Source: a virus. Taken from it: 64,000 nt of DNA. Location: positions 34,426 through 98,425 of IMG/VR virus record IMGVR_UViG_3300025122_000008, one strand, 5' to 3'. This document shows positions 29,059-38,926 of the stretch, in pieces. The notes under the pieces are model-generated. The model saw nothing but the letters and a program-made list of their open reading frames with translations, had not been told where the DNA came from and ran no database searches. The position numbers and the translations under genes are program-made. How positions within the stretch are numbered: position 1 is the first letter of the stretch; the number at the start of each line of letters is the position of its first letter.

Positions 29059-30093
29059 ATGTCTTCGTTGTTAAAGCAAGCTATTATAGACGCATCAGCC
29101 TTGAAGGAGGCCGCGCTTAAAAATGCGGAGAGTACAGTTCTAGAAAAGTATTCTTTAGAAGTAAAAGAGGCGCTTTCAACACTTTTGGAACAAGAGGAAG
29201 ATCTTGGCCTAGGTGCTCCCGCCGATACTTCTCCCACAGCCGACGCTTCTTTTATGGACGACGTTCCTCTTGGCCACGAAGACCCAGAGATAGACGGGCC
29301 CGCCGAAGATGAAGTTATTGAAATCGATTTTGATGATTTAAAGGCGCGCCTTCACACGGATGAAGAAGCCGGCGCCGAACCAGAAGCCTCTGAACTATTG
29401 GGATCCGAAGAAACTGCCGAAGAAATTTTTGGGGGTATGGAAGAACCAGAGTTAGCCGCGCCCGCGGGAGCCGAAGAGCCCCTAGCAGAGGAAGTAGAAA
29501 TTAGTGATCAGCTCATCGATGCTATAGCCGAAGAGCTTACAGTCGATGTTGCCGCGAGACTGCAAGGCTGGTCGTCAGCTAACAGCGCCCAGACTCTGGA
29601 ACAAGAAGAAGAGGCGGCCCTAGAAGAAGAGGCTGCATCACAAGAATCGGAAGAAGTTGCCGAAGAGAAAGAAAAAAACTTAAAACTTTATGAGATTCAA
29701 GTATCGGAATTACAGTCCGAATTGGATGATTTACGTTCTTTGCTTGGAGAAGCAAAGAATCAATTAAATATTTTGATTTTGGAGAATGCCAAACTCCTTT
29801 ATCAGAATAAGGCTTTGAATAGCACCTCCTTGAATGAGCGACAAAAAACAAAGATTGTCGAGGCTGTTCGTAACGCCAACACGGTAGAAGAAATGAAAAT
29901 GTTGTTTGAAACACTTCAAAGCGCAGTGGGGGCTCATCGCGAGCGCCGACCTGAATCACTTCGCGAAGCGGTTAGCAACAAACCAACAACTTCGATGCTT
30001 CTAAGTGGGCACCATGCTTCAAATAGAAGTGATCGTACCTCTACCGTTGATCCAAATATGGATCGAATGTTACGTTTGGCAGGTTTAAAATAA
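29059..30093 (+). CDS. Prohead scaffold/core protein (gp22-like)
   Basis: Directly upstream of the MCP; acidic, coiled coil, NAKLLY, C-terminal RMLRLAGLK; start ATG 29059 after SD AGGAG; late boxes ACTAATTA at 29017 and 29030. Confidence 0.8.
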   Translation: MSSLLKQAIIDASALKEAALKNAESTVLEKYSLEVKEALSTLLEQEEDLGLGAPADTSPTADASFMDDVPLGHEDPEIDGPAEDEVIEIDFDDLKARLHTDEEAGAEPEASELLGSEETAEEIFGGMEEPELAAPAGAEEPLAEEVEISDQLIDAIAEELTVDVAARLQGWSSANSAQTLEQEEEAALEEEAASQESEEVAEEKEKNLKLYEIQVSELQSELDDLRSLLGEAKNQLNILILENAKLLYQNKALNSTSLNERQKTKIVEAVRNANTVEEMKMLFETLQSAVGAHRERRPESLREAVSNKPTTSMLLSGHHASNRSDRTSTVDPNMDRMLRLAGLK

Positions 30094-30139
30094 CTATTTT
30101 ATGATTTTATTTATTTACTATTAGGAGGTTAAATATAAA

Positions 30140-31978
30140 ATGTCTATTGTTGAAAAACTAACTGAAGGCATCGTTAATCGCGATCTCTCCCGAGAGGGCT
30201 CTGCACTTATTTCCAAGTGGGAAAAGACAGGGCTTCTTGAGGGGATCCACGGAGACCATCTTCGCAACGGAATGGCTTGCTTGCTTGAAAATCAAGCGAA
30301 AGAGCTTCTTCGTGAGTCATCCAGCATGCAAGCTGGTGACGTTGAGGGTTTCGCAGCGGTTGCCTTTCCCCTAGTTCGCCGTGTATTCGGCAACTTAATT
30401 GCTAATGATCTAGTGAGCGTTCAGCCCATGAGTTTACCCTCAGGACTGATCTTCTTCCTGGATTTTCTCTATTCCCCCGACAGCGCCGGCGCTAGCGGTA
30501 ATGAAACCCATCGTTTGGGTAACGTTGCTAATAAGTCGATTTTCGGTGGCGGTAGGGTCGGTGGCGAGATCACCGGAGGTGTGGACCTTTCTACTGGGAA
30601 CAACCCAGAAGCAGGCCCGTATGCCCTAAACAACGGCTACGCATCACCGACGGCGTCTCTATCTTCCCTTGTCGGCTCCGATTTTTCGATTATTGCTTCC
30701 GGTACTTGGGGCGATCTGAATACGACTGGAAACCTGAACATCTCTGTTGCCGATAGTACTCATCTTTTGGGTAGTCTAGCTGGCTGGGATGCAGATTTTG
30801 TTTCTGGATCCACTACAGTTGTTGTTGCACAGGTTTCAGCCAGTGAATTCACTGCTGAGGGCGCCGCTCTCAACGTTGATGATTTGGTTGCGATCGCAGT
30901 TTCTGGCGGTGGTGTAGGTGGTGTAGGTGTCCTCGGATGCTCCGGCAACGACGCCGGTACCAACGGTGCTCGTTTGATTCGTCGCTTGACGCAGTATAGT
31001 TCTGCTTCATTGAAGGGTCCCGTGGGTGATCGTAGCTCAACTAGTCTTTTGATGACGTTCGCCTCGCGAGACGGCGCCGTGTCGGTCACACAGCTTAAGC
31101 TTCAGGTTACTGGAAACTCTGATTCCACCTGGACACAGCCCGAGACTGACGACTTCGATGCCGGTACTGGACTTGGTTCCCTTAAGGGTGGAACCGAGTG
31201 GGGCTTGGAGGCTGAGGCTGCCATTCCCGAGATCGACATCAAGGTCGATTCGATTGCCGTTACCGCGGTTACCAAGAAGCTCAAGGCTAAGTGGACTCCG
31301 GAATTGGGACAAGATCTCAATGCCTACCACAACCTTGATGCCGAGGTCGAGTTGACTCAGATTTTGTCTGAGCAAATTGCTCTTGAAATCGATCGCGAGA
31401 TTCTAGAAGACCTCGTACGTGGTTCTACAGCGGGTACCCGCTATTGGTCACGTGCTGCCGGTCGATTCTTGAATCGAGAGACTGGTGTCGAGATTGGTGC
31501 TAGCACCGTTACTCCCGACTTCACCGGTAACGTTAGTGAGTGGTATGAGACTCTCATTGAGACCCTCAATGATGTTTCTGCACAGATCCATCGTAAGACT
31601 CTTCGCGGTGGTGCCAACTTCGTCGTCTGCGGACCCGAAGTTGCCAACATTCTTGAGTTTACGGCTGGCTTCCGTGCCAATGTGACCGCTGATAGCGATC
31701 GCGGTACGATTGGTGCAGTTAAGACTGGTAGTCTCTCCAAGAAGTGGGACGTCTATGTTGACCCCTATTTCCCGCGTAGCCTCGTGCTGGTGGGTCGTAG
31801 AGGCGGCAGCTTCCTAGAGAGCGGATATGTATACGCTCCCTATGTGCCACTGCAGACCACCCCGACTATCTTCGGCGTTGAAGATTTCGTGCCCCGTAAG
31901 GGAGTCATGACCCGATATGCCAAGAAGATGGTTCGTCCAGATATGTATGGACTAGTTGTCGTTCGCGATCTAGTTTAA
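30140..31978 (+). CDS. Major capsid protein (T4 gp23-like)
   Basis: LLENQ, PLVRRVF, VSVQPMSLPSGLIF, KKLKAKWTPELGQDLNAYH, EIDREI, YAPYVPL, PRKGVMTRY. Confidence 0.97.
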   Translation: MSIVEKLTEGIVNRDLSREGSALISKWEKTGLLEGIHGDHLRNGMACLLENQAKELLRESSSMQAGDVEGFAAVAFPLVRRVFGNLIANDLVSVQPMSLPSGLIFFLDFLYSPDSAGASGNETHRLGNVANKSIFGGGRVGGEITGGVDLSTGNNPEAGPYALNNGYASPTASLSSLVGSDFSIIASGTWGDLNTTGNLNISVADSTHLLGSLAGWDADFVSGSTTVVVAQVSASEFTAEGAALNVDDLVAIAVSGGGVGGVGVLGCSGNDAGTNGARLIRRLTQYSSASLKGPVGDRSSTSLLMTFASRDGAVSVTQLKLQVTGNSDSTWTQPETDDFDAGTGLGSLKGGTEWGLEAEAAIPEIDIKVDSIAVTAVTKKLKAKWTPELGQDLNAYHNLDAEVELTQILSEQIALEIDREILEDLVRGSTAGTRYWSRAAGRFLNRETGVEIGASTVTPDFTGNVSEWYETLIETLNDVSAQIHRKTLRGGANFVVCGPEVANILEFTAGFRANVTADSDRGTIGAVKTGSLSKKWDVYVDPYFPRSLVLVGRRGGSFLESGYVYAPYVPLQTTPTIFGVEDFVPRKGVMTRYAKKMVRPDMYGLVVVRDLV

Positions 31979-32002
31979 TTTCTGACGAAGGTCAAAAATA
32001 AA

Positions 32003-32040
32003 GAAAGCCCCGCCTCTTTGAGGTGGGGCTTTCTATTTAT
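32003..32040 (+). terminator. Intrinsic terminator after the MCP
   Basis: GAAAGCCCCGCCTC-TTT-GAGGTGGGGCTTTC followed by TATTTAT; its 3' end overlaps late box CTATTTATA (32033-32041). Confidence 0.8.
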
Positions 32041-32066
32041 AGTAGAAATCTTTTTGAGGTATATAC

Positions 32067-33329
32067 ATGGCCCTTCCTACACTTAGTCCTTCATCTACGA
32101 GTAATTCTAATATATTAACGTCCACCGGTAGTGCATCATTGGTGGCCGCGTCCCTTCCCTTTGGTATTTATGAGAGCGCTGCATTTCAAGCAGGCGCCTC
32201 CGATCAGGTTGCTTATACTTATAAAAAATTAGGAGGGGATGTATTAGATATTGAGTTAACGCCGGGCAATGTATATGCGGCATATGAAGAGGCTTGTTTA
32301 GAATATTCTTATATTCTTAACGTTCATCAAGCAAAGAACTCACTTTCAAGCTTTTTAGGACACACGACAGCTTCTTTCGATCAGGATGGACAAATTGAGG
32401 ATGGTCATACGTTATCGGGCTCAAAAATAGAATTAAGATATCCAAAATATGATTATGGACACGCCAGAAGAGTAAGTCAGCGGGTCGCGACTGAATCTAA
32501 TATTGGAGGCACCGAATATATTTATTCTGGATCTTTAGCGACAGTGAACAATAAGTCTGATTATGACTTACAAACAATTATTTCAGAGTCGGCTGGCTCT
32601 GACACGGATGCATTTTATTATGGGAAAGTGGGTAACAAAAAAATTACAATTCGGAGAGTATATTATAAAACACCAAATGCAATGTGGCGTTTTTATGGTT
32701 ATTACGGGGGTTTTAGTGCAGTTGGAAACCTCAGGACATACGGGCAATATGCCGACGATTCAACTTTTGATATAGTTCCAACTTGGCAGAATAAGTTGCA
32801 ATCTATGGCCTACGAAGACGCTTTAAACGTAAGGGTATCTCACTGGACGTATGAGCTTAAAAATAATATGCTGAGGCTTCACCCCACGCCCACCGACAAT
32901 AGTCCAGATAAATTTTGGTTTCAGTTTACAGTAGATGTTGATCCATGGGAAGACTCCGACGGGGATCGACTTGTGGGGGTAAAGGGTATTAATAATATGA
33001 ACACCCTTCCCTTTCAAAACATATCGTATGACAGCATTAACTCCATAGGAAAGCAATGGATACGTCGATTTGCTTTATCGTTGAGTAAAGAGATGTTGGG
33101 ACAAATTAGGGGCAAATTTAGTACTATTCCGATCCCGGGCGAATCTGTTACCCTGAACCACAGTGAATTACTAGCCCAGGCCAAAGCAGAACAAGACGCC
33201 CTCAGAGAGGAACTTAAGACAACTCTCGATGAGATGACTTATGCCAAATTGGCAGAAACCGATGCTGCATTGGGAGATAGTAGCGAAAAAGTATTGGGCG
33301 ATATACCTACTGGCATCTATGTAGGATAG
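32067..33329 (+). CDS. Neck/head-tail adaptor (gp13-like)
   Basis: KLGGDVLDIELT; QWIRRFALSLSKEMLGQIRGKF..IPG..VTLN; position after the MCP. Confidence 0.8.
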   Translation: MALPTLSPSSTSNSNILTSTGSASLVAASLPFGIYESAAFQAGASDQVAYTYKKLGGDVLDIELTPGNVYAAYEEACLEYSYILNVHQAKNSLSSFLGHTTASFDQDGQIEDGHTLSGSKIELRYPKYDYGHARRVSQRVATESNIGGTEYIYSGSLATVNNKSDYDLQTIISESAGSDTDAFYYGKVGNKKITIRRVYYKTPNAMWRFYGYYGGFSAVGNLRTYGQYADDSTFDIVPTWQNKLQSMAYEDALNVRVSHWTYELKNNMLRLHPTPTDNSPDKFWFQFTVDVDPWEDSDGDRLVGVKGINNMNTLPFQNISYDSINSIGKQWIRRFALSLSKEMLGQIRGKFSTIPIPGESVTLNHSELLAQAKAEQDALREELKTTLDEMTYAKLAETDAALGDSSEKVLGDIPTGIYVG

Positions 33330-33333
33330 AAAA

Positions 33334-33840
33334 ATGAGCAACCCGGACAATAAATGGAATCAGCCTGCGCAGCCGCCTCCTCCCATGTTTTTTGGGAAGA
33401 AAGAGCGCGATTTGGTGAAACAGGTAAATGACGAATTGGTTGAGAGGGTTGTTGGCCAAACAGTCTTGTACTATCCTATTGATTTGGGTGCTACCAATTT
33501 TCATTCTCTTTATGGAGAGGCGATTAATAAAACATTTTTATCCCCTGTGCGTGTTTATGCATACGTTGTTGTTGAAAACAATCAAACAAATGATAAATAT
33601 AGTTATGATTATCTTAACAGTTTAAATATTCATTTTCATCGCCGGCGCCTGGTAGAAGACCAGGATCTCTACGTGCGCACGGGTGATTTTGTACAATACG
33701 GCGACAAATTATACGAGATAACAAAAACATATAATGATACTCGCTATTATTTTGGCCAGGTGGATTATAAGTTTCAAATATCGGCTGATTGTGTTCGTGC
33801 TCGCCGCGGCACTTTTCGAGGTTTAAACGATGGTAACTAG
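33334..33840 (+). CDS. Head closure/neck protein (gp14-like)
   Basis: ELVERVVGQTVLYY, LYGE, GDFVQY...YEI; synteny between gp13-like and gp15-like genes. Confidence 0.7.
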   Translation: MSNPDNKWNQPAQPPPPMFFGKKERDLVKQVNDELVERVVGQTVLYYPIDLGATNFHSLYGEAINKTFLSPVRVYAYVVVENNQTNDKYSYDYLNSLNIHFHRRRLVEDQDLYVRTGDFVQYGDKLYEITKTYNDTRYYFGQVDYKFQISADCVRARRGTFRGLNDGN

Positions 33841-34771
33841 AAAAACGCAAAGACAATTACAAAACAAGCATGCTGATCGCTTTGACTATATGAACAGTGC
33901 TGAGACTGAAGCAAAAGTTCATGAAATAATAATGCAGCCATCAACTTTGGAGACAATTGATTATGCTTTTTATGATTTTGTTAATGAAGTTTTAAATCTG
34001 TCAACGACCACCAACGAAGGATTTAAGAAAGTGCCTATTATTTGGGCGTCCACAGAACGAGCTTTTCAGCTTAAGAACGATAAAGAGTTAAGAGATTCTG
34101 ATGATGGCCTTATTTTGCCTCTTATGGTTATAGAGCGAAAAAGCGTTGTTAAAGATGCTGCGAAGAGGGGCCTTCCGTGGGCGAATATTATGCCCGTTAA
34201 CGACGAAAAGGGGGGCACGATTACGATTGCCAGACAACTCAACCAGAAAAAAACCTCCCAGTTCCAAAATAACTTGGCCGGCAGAAAATTTAGTAATGGT
34301 CGCGTTAACTCTTCGATGCATGCAACGAATAAACGAAACATGAAGGCAGGTAAAAATGTTTTTGAGACTATCACCATACCTTTGCCTACGTGGGTGACGG
34401 TATCGTACGAGGTTAGTCTGAGGACGGAGTATCAACAGCAAATGAACGATCTTGTTCAGCCATGGGTTACTATTTCGGGCAATAGTACAATGCCGCCTCG
34501 CATTGAAAAAGATAATCACAAATTTGAGGTATTTATTGATGCCTCGTACGCCAACAATAGCAACACGGGTAATATGGAGATGGCACAACGGAATTATGAA
34601 ACCACTATAACCGCAAATGTGTTGGGATATTTAATTGGCGAAGGGCCCAACCAGGAACGTCCAAAGATAGTAAAGCGTCAAAATGCTGTTGAATTTCGTT
34701 TTGCCAGAGAGCACGTTATAATGGGGGACCCCCACGAAGATATTGATAGCAGAGGATTTTATAGAGAATAA
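33830..34771 (+). CDS. Tail terminator/sheath stabiliser (gp15-like)
   Basis: KVPIIWASTER, LPLMVIER, P..VTVSYEVSL...QMNDLVQ. Confidence 0.7.
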   Translation: MVTRKTQRQLQNKHADRFDYMNSAETEAKVHEIIMQPSTLETIDYAFYDFVNEVLNLSTTTNEGFKKVPIIWASTERAFQLKNDKELRDSDDGLILPLMVIERKSVVKDAAKRGLPWANIMPVNDEKGGTITIARQLNQKKTSQFQNNLAGRKFSNGRVNSSMHATNKRNMKAGKNVFETITIPLPTWVTVSYEVSLRTEYQQQMNDLVQPWVTISGNSTMPPRIEKDNHKFEVFIDASYANNSNTGNMEMAQRNYETTITANVLGYLIGEGPNQERPKIVKRQNAVEFRFAREHVIMGDPHEDIDSRGFYRE

Positions 34772-34854
34772 GACCTTTGGCTTCATCTTGTACTATTTAG
34801 TAATGATAAAATAACTCAAGTTATTGATAACATGTTATAAGGAGAGCAACCAGC

Positions 34855-37800
34855 ATGGCGGTTAAGAAGTTTAGATTTGTTTCCCCAGGAGTTTTTATCA
34901 ATGAAATTGATAATTCTCAACTACCTGCCTCCCCTGCAGGAATTGGACCCGTAGTAATTGGTCGGTCGCCAAGCGGTCCCGGACTACGGCCAGTAACAGT
35001 TAGTTCCTTTTCGGAGTTTGTTAATATTTTCGGTTCCCCCGTCCCCGGTGGTTCCGGTGCAGACGTTTGGAGAGATGGAAATACCGTAGGACCGACTTAC
35101 GGCATGTACGCATCCCAGGCCTATTTAAGAAACAGCGCTCCTCTGACCTTTGTGCGTCTTATGGGTGCTCAATCTGCCACCAAGACCTCTACCGGTGGTC
35201 CTGGCAACCTAGGCGGCACTGCTGGTTGGCGTGTTAGCTCCGCAAATAGTACCTCGGGCGAGGGCGCCTATGGCCTCTTCGTTTTCGATTCGGCTTCTAC
35301 CGGCAATATGGTCACGCCGTCCGGTCATAGTACACGACTCTACACCACCGGTGCTTTAGCGGCTATATTTTATGCTGATTCTTCTCCCGCGGACTCGAAC
35401 TCATCTAGTTTTGCCCTTTCGGGCGCTTTGGCCGCGACGTCTTCTCAGCAGGGTGTCTGTGCACCGTGTATTATGGTTGAGTCGTCCGCGACCGATTATG
35501 AATTCAAGTTGGCGATCGCCAATGCCAAGGGCACTCAAACTATCACTTCCTCATTTAACTTTAATACTGATTCTCCAAGATATATTAGAAAGGTGTTTAA
35601 CACCAATCCGCAGCTATCGAATGCGCAGACTACGGAAACACCCTATAAATATTGGCTAGGTGAAACATTTGACCGACACCTCAAGAATACTATTACGAAT
35701 GCCACCGTCCTTTATGGCGCCATTCTACCGCTTGTTAATGCTAAGTATACAGGAACTCAAGCCGGTGATTTTCGAATGCCCCTACAAAATGCGCAAACCC
35801 CATGGGTTATTGCTCAAGATATTAGCACCGATTATGGCAGTTTCAATCCCAACAACATGCAAAAGCTGTTTAAATTTCACGCACTTGATGAGCCCGGAGC
35901 TTGGACAAGTAGAAATCTTAAGATTTCGATCGAGGACGTTAAGGCATCTACAAACGACTTTGATGGATTTGGGTCTTTCACGGTTATTGTGAGAAAATTA
36001 GAAGACTCGGATAATGTAGTGCAAGTTGTAGAGCAATTTGAAAATTGCAATTTAAATCCCGATTCACTAAATTACGTCGGCCGAGTTGTAGGAGATCGTT
36101 ATTCCACCTGGGACGATTCCGAACGCCGATACCAAGTATATGGACAATATGATAATAGGTCTCGTTATATTCGCATACAAGTGAATACAGATGTGGATAA
36201 TGGCAATTTAGCTTATAAGGAATATATGCCCTTTGGGTTCCAAGGAATGGTTAAATATGCCGACGCTGTCCTGTCGGGCGCCGCTCCAGACGTTCAGCCC
36301 GGCGGTGTGGTCCAGGACCCGCTCAATACAATGTTGGGGGTAAGCTCATCTGCTTATGTTCCACCCGGTTCTTCTATGCACGGAGGAGTAGGGGGAACTG
36401 GTACCGCAACTGCAGTAGACTGCATTGATACAACTGGTCTCCTGGCCGATCGATACAACGATGCTTCGTTTACAATATCGATCTCAACGGCGGCAGGCGG
36501 CCTAGGTGGCACTGCTATTACAATTTTACTTGATGCTAGTGAGTCCACCGGCGGCTCCGGCGGGGCAAATCAAATCATGATTGGCACCGATGATGGCATT
36601 ACCGATGCAGCCAGAGCGGCTCTCATTATCAGCGCCATTAATGCAGTTACCGATTCCAAAGTCAATTATGCAACATCGGGAAATGGTCAAGCTGGCTATG
36701 ATATTGGTGTAACTGCAGCCGAAGGCTCAAGCAATACCCAAATTACGCTGACGATGGATACCGCCGGCGCAGCGGGCAATATTACTAGCGCGCTAGCTAG
36801 TGTATCAGGCGTCGACATCATTGATGTGACGGCTTTTACCGGAGGGAGTGGACCTGAGCAGCTCATGCTGAGCGGCACGTGGTGTGCTAGCAGCTCTTAC
36901 ATTGGCGCCGGATTCCCCGAACTTTCTGCTTCAATTAAATTCCCAACATCGGTATACAGAGTAAGTGCCTCGGATGGAGGTCTCGGCAATTACGCTGATG
37001 CTTATTTTGGATTCCAAGTTGGACGAACAGCCGGTAGCACCAGATTTGATGAGTCATATTTAGACCTTTTGGGGCCTATAGGTGGCATTACGACAGATCA
37101 GCATAATGCTAGTGCAACTGGTTGCGAGCTTGGGGATGCCTTCTCGCTAGACGACCTACAGTTCGTTGGTAGTGGAGACCTGAAAAATGCTGCATGGGTT
37201 TCTGGATCGCGTAAGTCTAATTTATCTCTGACTGCACTCAGTTCCTCCTGGAAGCAAGTACTTACTGACGGTTTCGATCGATTTACGGTACCGTTGAATG
37301 CCGGCTTCGATGGATTTAATATTCGAGAGCCAGAGCCCTTCAACAATACGGATCTAGAGGATAGTACTACAGAGTTTAATTATTATGCAAACTATTCTGT
37401 GAAGAGGGCAATTGATGCAGTTGCTGACCCCGAACGGGTTGATATGAATCTCGCTTCTGTTCCTGGCGTATGGCACGAGGGCACCACAAACCATTTAATT
37501 ACCACATGTGAGGATCGTGCTGATGCCCTAGCCGTTATTGATCTTAAGGGTGATTATAAAGCACATACAGAGAATACTGAAAGCTTTGCAGATAGAGTGG
37601 GTTCTGTTACCACTACGGTTGATAATTTAACCAGCAGGGGCCTTAACTCTAGCTATGCATGCGCATATTATCCCTGGATTCAGATTAGAGACAGCATTAA
37701 TGGAAACCTAGTTTGGGTGCCGCCGTCTGTTGCTGCACTAGGAACATTTTCAAGCTCCCAGAGGAAGAGTCAGGTATGGTTTGCACCAGCCGGCTTTAAT

Positions 37801-38295
37801 CGAGGTGGCTTGACCGAAGGCGCAGCTGGATTGCCTGTGGTTAACGTAGTCGAGCAGCTTAATCGGAAGGAAAGAGATAACCTATATGAGGCAAATATTA
37901 ATCCGATCGCTAAGTTCCCCGCAGAGGGCATAGTTATTTTTGGACAGAAGACTTTACAAGTAACTCCGTCTGCACTCGGTCGAATTAATGTTCGTAGATT
38001 GTTAATTTTTGTTAAAAAGAGAATCTCTCAAATGGCTAACCAGCTATTATTTGAGCCCAACGTACAGCAAACGTGGGATAGATTTGTTGGCATGGTTAAC
38101 CCCTTCCTGGATGAGGTAAAGACCAACTTTGGGCTTTCTGATTATTTGATGGTCCTTGATGAGTCTACGACTACTCCAGATTTGATTGATAGAAACATTT
38201 TGTACGCAAAGATTTTCTTGAAGCCCACGCGTGCAATAGAGTTTATTGCTCTTGATTTCAATATTACTAGAACAGGAGCATCGTTTGTTGATTAA
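34855..38295 (+). CDS. Contractile tail sheath protein (gp18-like) with large insertions
   Basis: FVSPGVFINEID, YYPWI, WVPPS, WFAPAGFNRG, LYEANINPI, GQKTL, RINVRRL, KPTRAIEFI; late box at 34792-34799. Confidence 0.95.
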   Translation: MAVKKFRFVSPGVFINEIDNSQLPASPAGIGPVVIGRSPSGPGLRPVTVSSFSEFVNIFGSPVPGGSGADVWRDGNTVGPTYGMYASQAYLRNSAPLTFVRLMGAQSATKTSTGGPGNLGGTAGWRVSSANSTSGEGAYGLFVFDSASTGNMVTPSGHSTRLYTTGALAAIFYADSSPADSNSSSFALSGALAATSSQQGVCAPCIMVESSATDYEFKLAIANAKGTQTITSSFNFNTDSPRYIRKVFNTNPQLSNAQTTETPYKYWLGETFDRHLKNTITNATVLYGAILPLVNAKYTGTQAGDFRMPLQNAQTPWVIAQDISTDYGSFNPNNMQKLFKFHALDEPGAWTSRNLKISIEDVKASTNDFDGFGSFTVIVRKLEDSDNVVQVVEQFENCNLNPDSLNYVGRVVGDRYSTWDDSERRYQVYGQYDNRSRYIRIQVNTDVDNGNLAYKEYMPFGFQGMVKYADAVLSGAAPDVQPGGVVQDPLNTMLGVSSSAYVPPGSSMHGGVGGTGTATAVDCIDTTGLLADRYNDASFTISISTAAGGLGGTAITILLDASESTGGSGGANQIMIGTDDGITDAARAALIISAINAVTDSKVNYATSGNGQAGYDIGVTAAEGSSNTQITLTMDTAGAAGNITSALASVSGVDIIDVTAFTGGSGPEQLMLSGTWCASSSYIGAGFPELSASIKFPTSVYRVSASDGGLGNYADAYFGFQVGRTAGSTRFDESYLDLLGPIGGITTDQHNASATGCELGDAFSLDDLQFVGSGDLKNAAWVSGSRKSNLSLTALSSSWKQVLTDGFDRFTVPLNAGFDGFNIREPEPFNNTDLEDSTTEFNYYANYSVKRAIDAVADPERVDMNLASVPGVWHEGTTNHLITTCEDRADALAVIDLKGDYKAHTENTESFADRVGSVTTTVDNLTSRGLNSSYACAYYPWIQIRDSINGNLVWVPPSVAALGTFSSSQRKSQVWFAPAGFNRGGLTEGAAGLPVVNVVEQLNRKERDNLYEANINPIAKFPAEGIVIFGQKTLQVTPSALGRINVRRLLIFVKKRISQMANQLLFEPNVQQTWDRFVGMVNPFLDEVKTNFGLSDYLMVLDESTTTPDLIDRNILYAKIFLKPTRAIEFIALDFNITRTGASFVD

Positions 38296-38300
38296 TAAAA

Positions 38301-38328
38301 GGGGTGATTTCGATCACCCCACTATTTA
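38301..38328 (+). terminator. Hairpin (terminator-like) abutting a late promoter box between sheath and tube
   Basis: GGGGTGAT-TTCG-ATCACCCC (UUCG loop) immediately followed by ACTATTTA. Confidence 0.65.
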
Positions 38329-38349
38329 ATTTTGAGGAGATAAAGAAGA

Positions 38350-38907
38350 ATGGCATTTTGGAACCTAGCATCGTCAGAGCCGAAGAGACAACATAGATTT
38401 TTGGTTAATTTTTCTGCCCTGATCACTGGGGACGGTAAAACATATCAGCAGTATTTGGCAAAAACTTGTACAATTCCGGGTTATGCGGTTACCTCAACAG
38501 AGCACAAATTTTTAGGAAATACATATTACTACCCAGGCACTGTTAGCTGGGATGAAGTGACGGTTCAGATAGTTAATGCTATTGATCCTGATGGTCAAGA
38601 TCTACTGATGAACGCTTTGGCGGCTTCTGGCTATCTCGCTCCCAATGAGCAATATGATGCTTATCAGGGGGCCAACCAGGCGGTCGGTACTGTTAACAAG
38701 GTAAACGCCCATGATGCGATTGGAGATGTTATTATCCGTCAATTAGACGGAGAAGGACAAACGGTTGGTACATGGGTTTTAAATAATTCCTTTATAACTG
38801 CTGCAAAGTTTGGTAATCTAGACTATAGTGGAGATGATATTCTAAATGTTGATATTACCATTCGTTATGACTGGGCATCATATGATTCTTCTCCTCCGTT
38901 AATTTAA
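38350..38907 (+). CDS. Tail tube protein (gp19-like)
   Basis: EPKRQHRF, YYPGTVSWDEVTV, QLDGEG..VGTWVL, FGNLDY, ITIRYDWA; follows the sheath. Confidence 0.9.
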   Translation: MAFWNLASSEPKRQHRFLVNFSALITGDGKTYQQYLAKTCTIPGYAVTSTEHKFLGNTYYYPGTVSWDEVTVQIVNAIDPDGQDLLMNALAASGYLAPNEQYDAYQGANQAVGTVNKVNAHDAIGDVIIRQLDGEGQTVGTWVLNNSFITAAKFGNLDYSGDDILNVDITIRYDWASYDSSPPLI

Positions 38908-38926
38908 TATAGAAATGAGGTGTTAA

